NCBI RefSeq assembly: GCF_001949145.1
Contig: NW_019091358.1
Location: forward strand, 1,488,961-1,552,960
DNA length: 64,000 nt
DNA from: Acanthaster planci
Taxonomy: Eukaryota
Direction: 5' to 3'
Shown here: in pieces, positions 63,302 to 64,000 of the stretch
How the letters are laid out: every line of letters begins with the position of its first letter
Position numbering within the stretch: the first letter of the stretch is position 1
Translations under genes and position numbers: made by a program
The notes under the pieces: model-generated
What the model was told of the DNA's origin: nothing
The model's input: the letters and a program-made list of their open reading frames with translations, nothing else
Database searches by the model: none

Positions 63302-64000
63302 GTAGGCTGTGGAAAATGTTTTTCATTAGGCCACTTGATAAAAATACATTGCATACTTCTTGTTTGATTCAAATCTTTTAGGCGGTTTCTACACTCTACC
63401 TTTATTTCTGCTTTTGTCTGATTTAAACCCCCCTACCTTTGAAGCTGTTGACTCATTGAGTCAAATGGTGCCACCTGAACATCAAACTACATGCAGTAGA
63501 GCCAAATACTTAAGTACATGTACATGTTTCTATTCAATTTGAACACTCTAGACCTTCATTTATGGATTGGTTGTAGAGATGAAGCCTTGGACACTGGCAA
63601 AGCCAAGTATTGGAAAACTCCCTCTGTTATTCGCAAAGGCCAATATCTAGAGCAAGTTTCAGTGTGCAGTAAAGTAGAAAAATCTTGCTCTGGTTAATTA
63701 ATGTGCTAAGCAAAGAAATGGGCAGTGAATCAGTCATGCAGATCTTATTACTTTTTGGGCGGTAACCTCTTAACGCTAAGCATACTTCCGAGCTCAACAG
63801 CTCCATGAAATTGGCCCCTGAAATAATGGAGTACCTAACCTGCTACTCTTAGAACTTGTCTTTTGGGCCCTTGGCATGTGGCCATCCAGAAAACTGTACA
63901 TACTATGTTCCAAACATTTTGTCGCATCTGTAGCAGGTCTTTCCTGTAGGTGTGTGTACAATGTACATGTATGTGCAAATGGATTTATTTCAATGAAGGA

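Overview
Eukaryotic, intron-containing, repeat-rich animal genomic DNA. The repeat and gene style suggests an invertebrate deuterostome such as a sea star, but this cannot be proven from the sequence alone. The main content is a tandem array of four intact two-exon paralogs of the metal-dependent cyclase family (bacterial-type kynurenine formamidase KynB / isatin hydrolase-like, motif HxGTHxDxPxH). They are arranged + + - + between 17.6 and 53.5 kb. All four share one phase-2 intron within a Trp codon, an N-terminal signal peptide and a C-terminal GPI-anchor-like tail, so they look like cell-surface versions of an enzyme family best known as soluble. The 5' part of EDC3 (mRNA decapping enhancer, LSm domain) lies at the right end. 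The remaining DNA is a mosaic of mobile-element debris: a solo LTR with TSD, an LTR with PBS, AcademX-, pogo-, Tc1/IS630- and possibly Harbinger-type transposase relics, nested foldback/MITE elements and a tRNA-derived SINE. There is also an orphan C2H2 zinc-finger ORF and a 140-nt hairpin. Two short N-gaps lie at about 47.7 and 48.9 kb.
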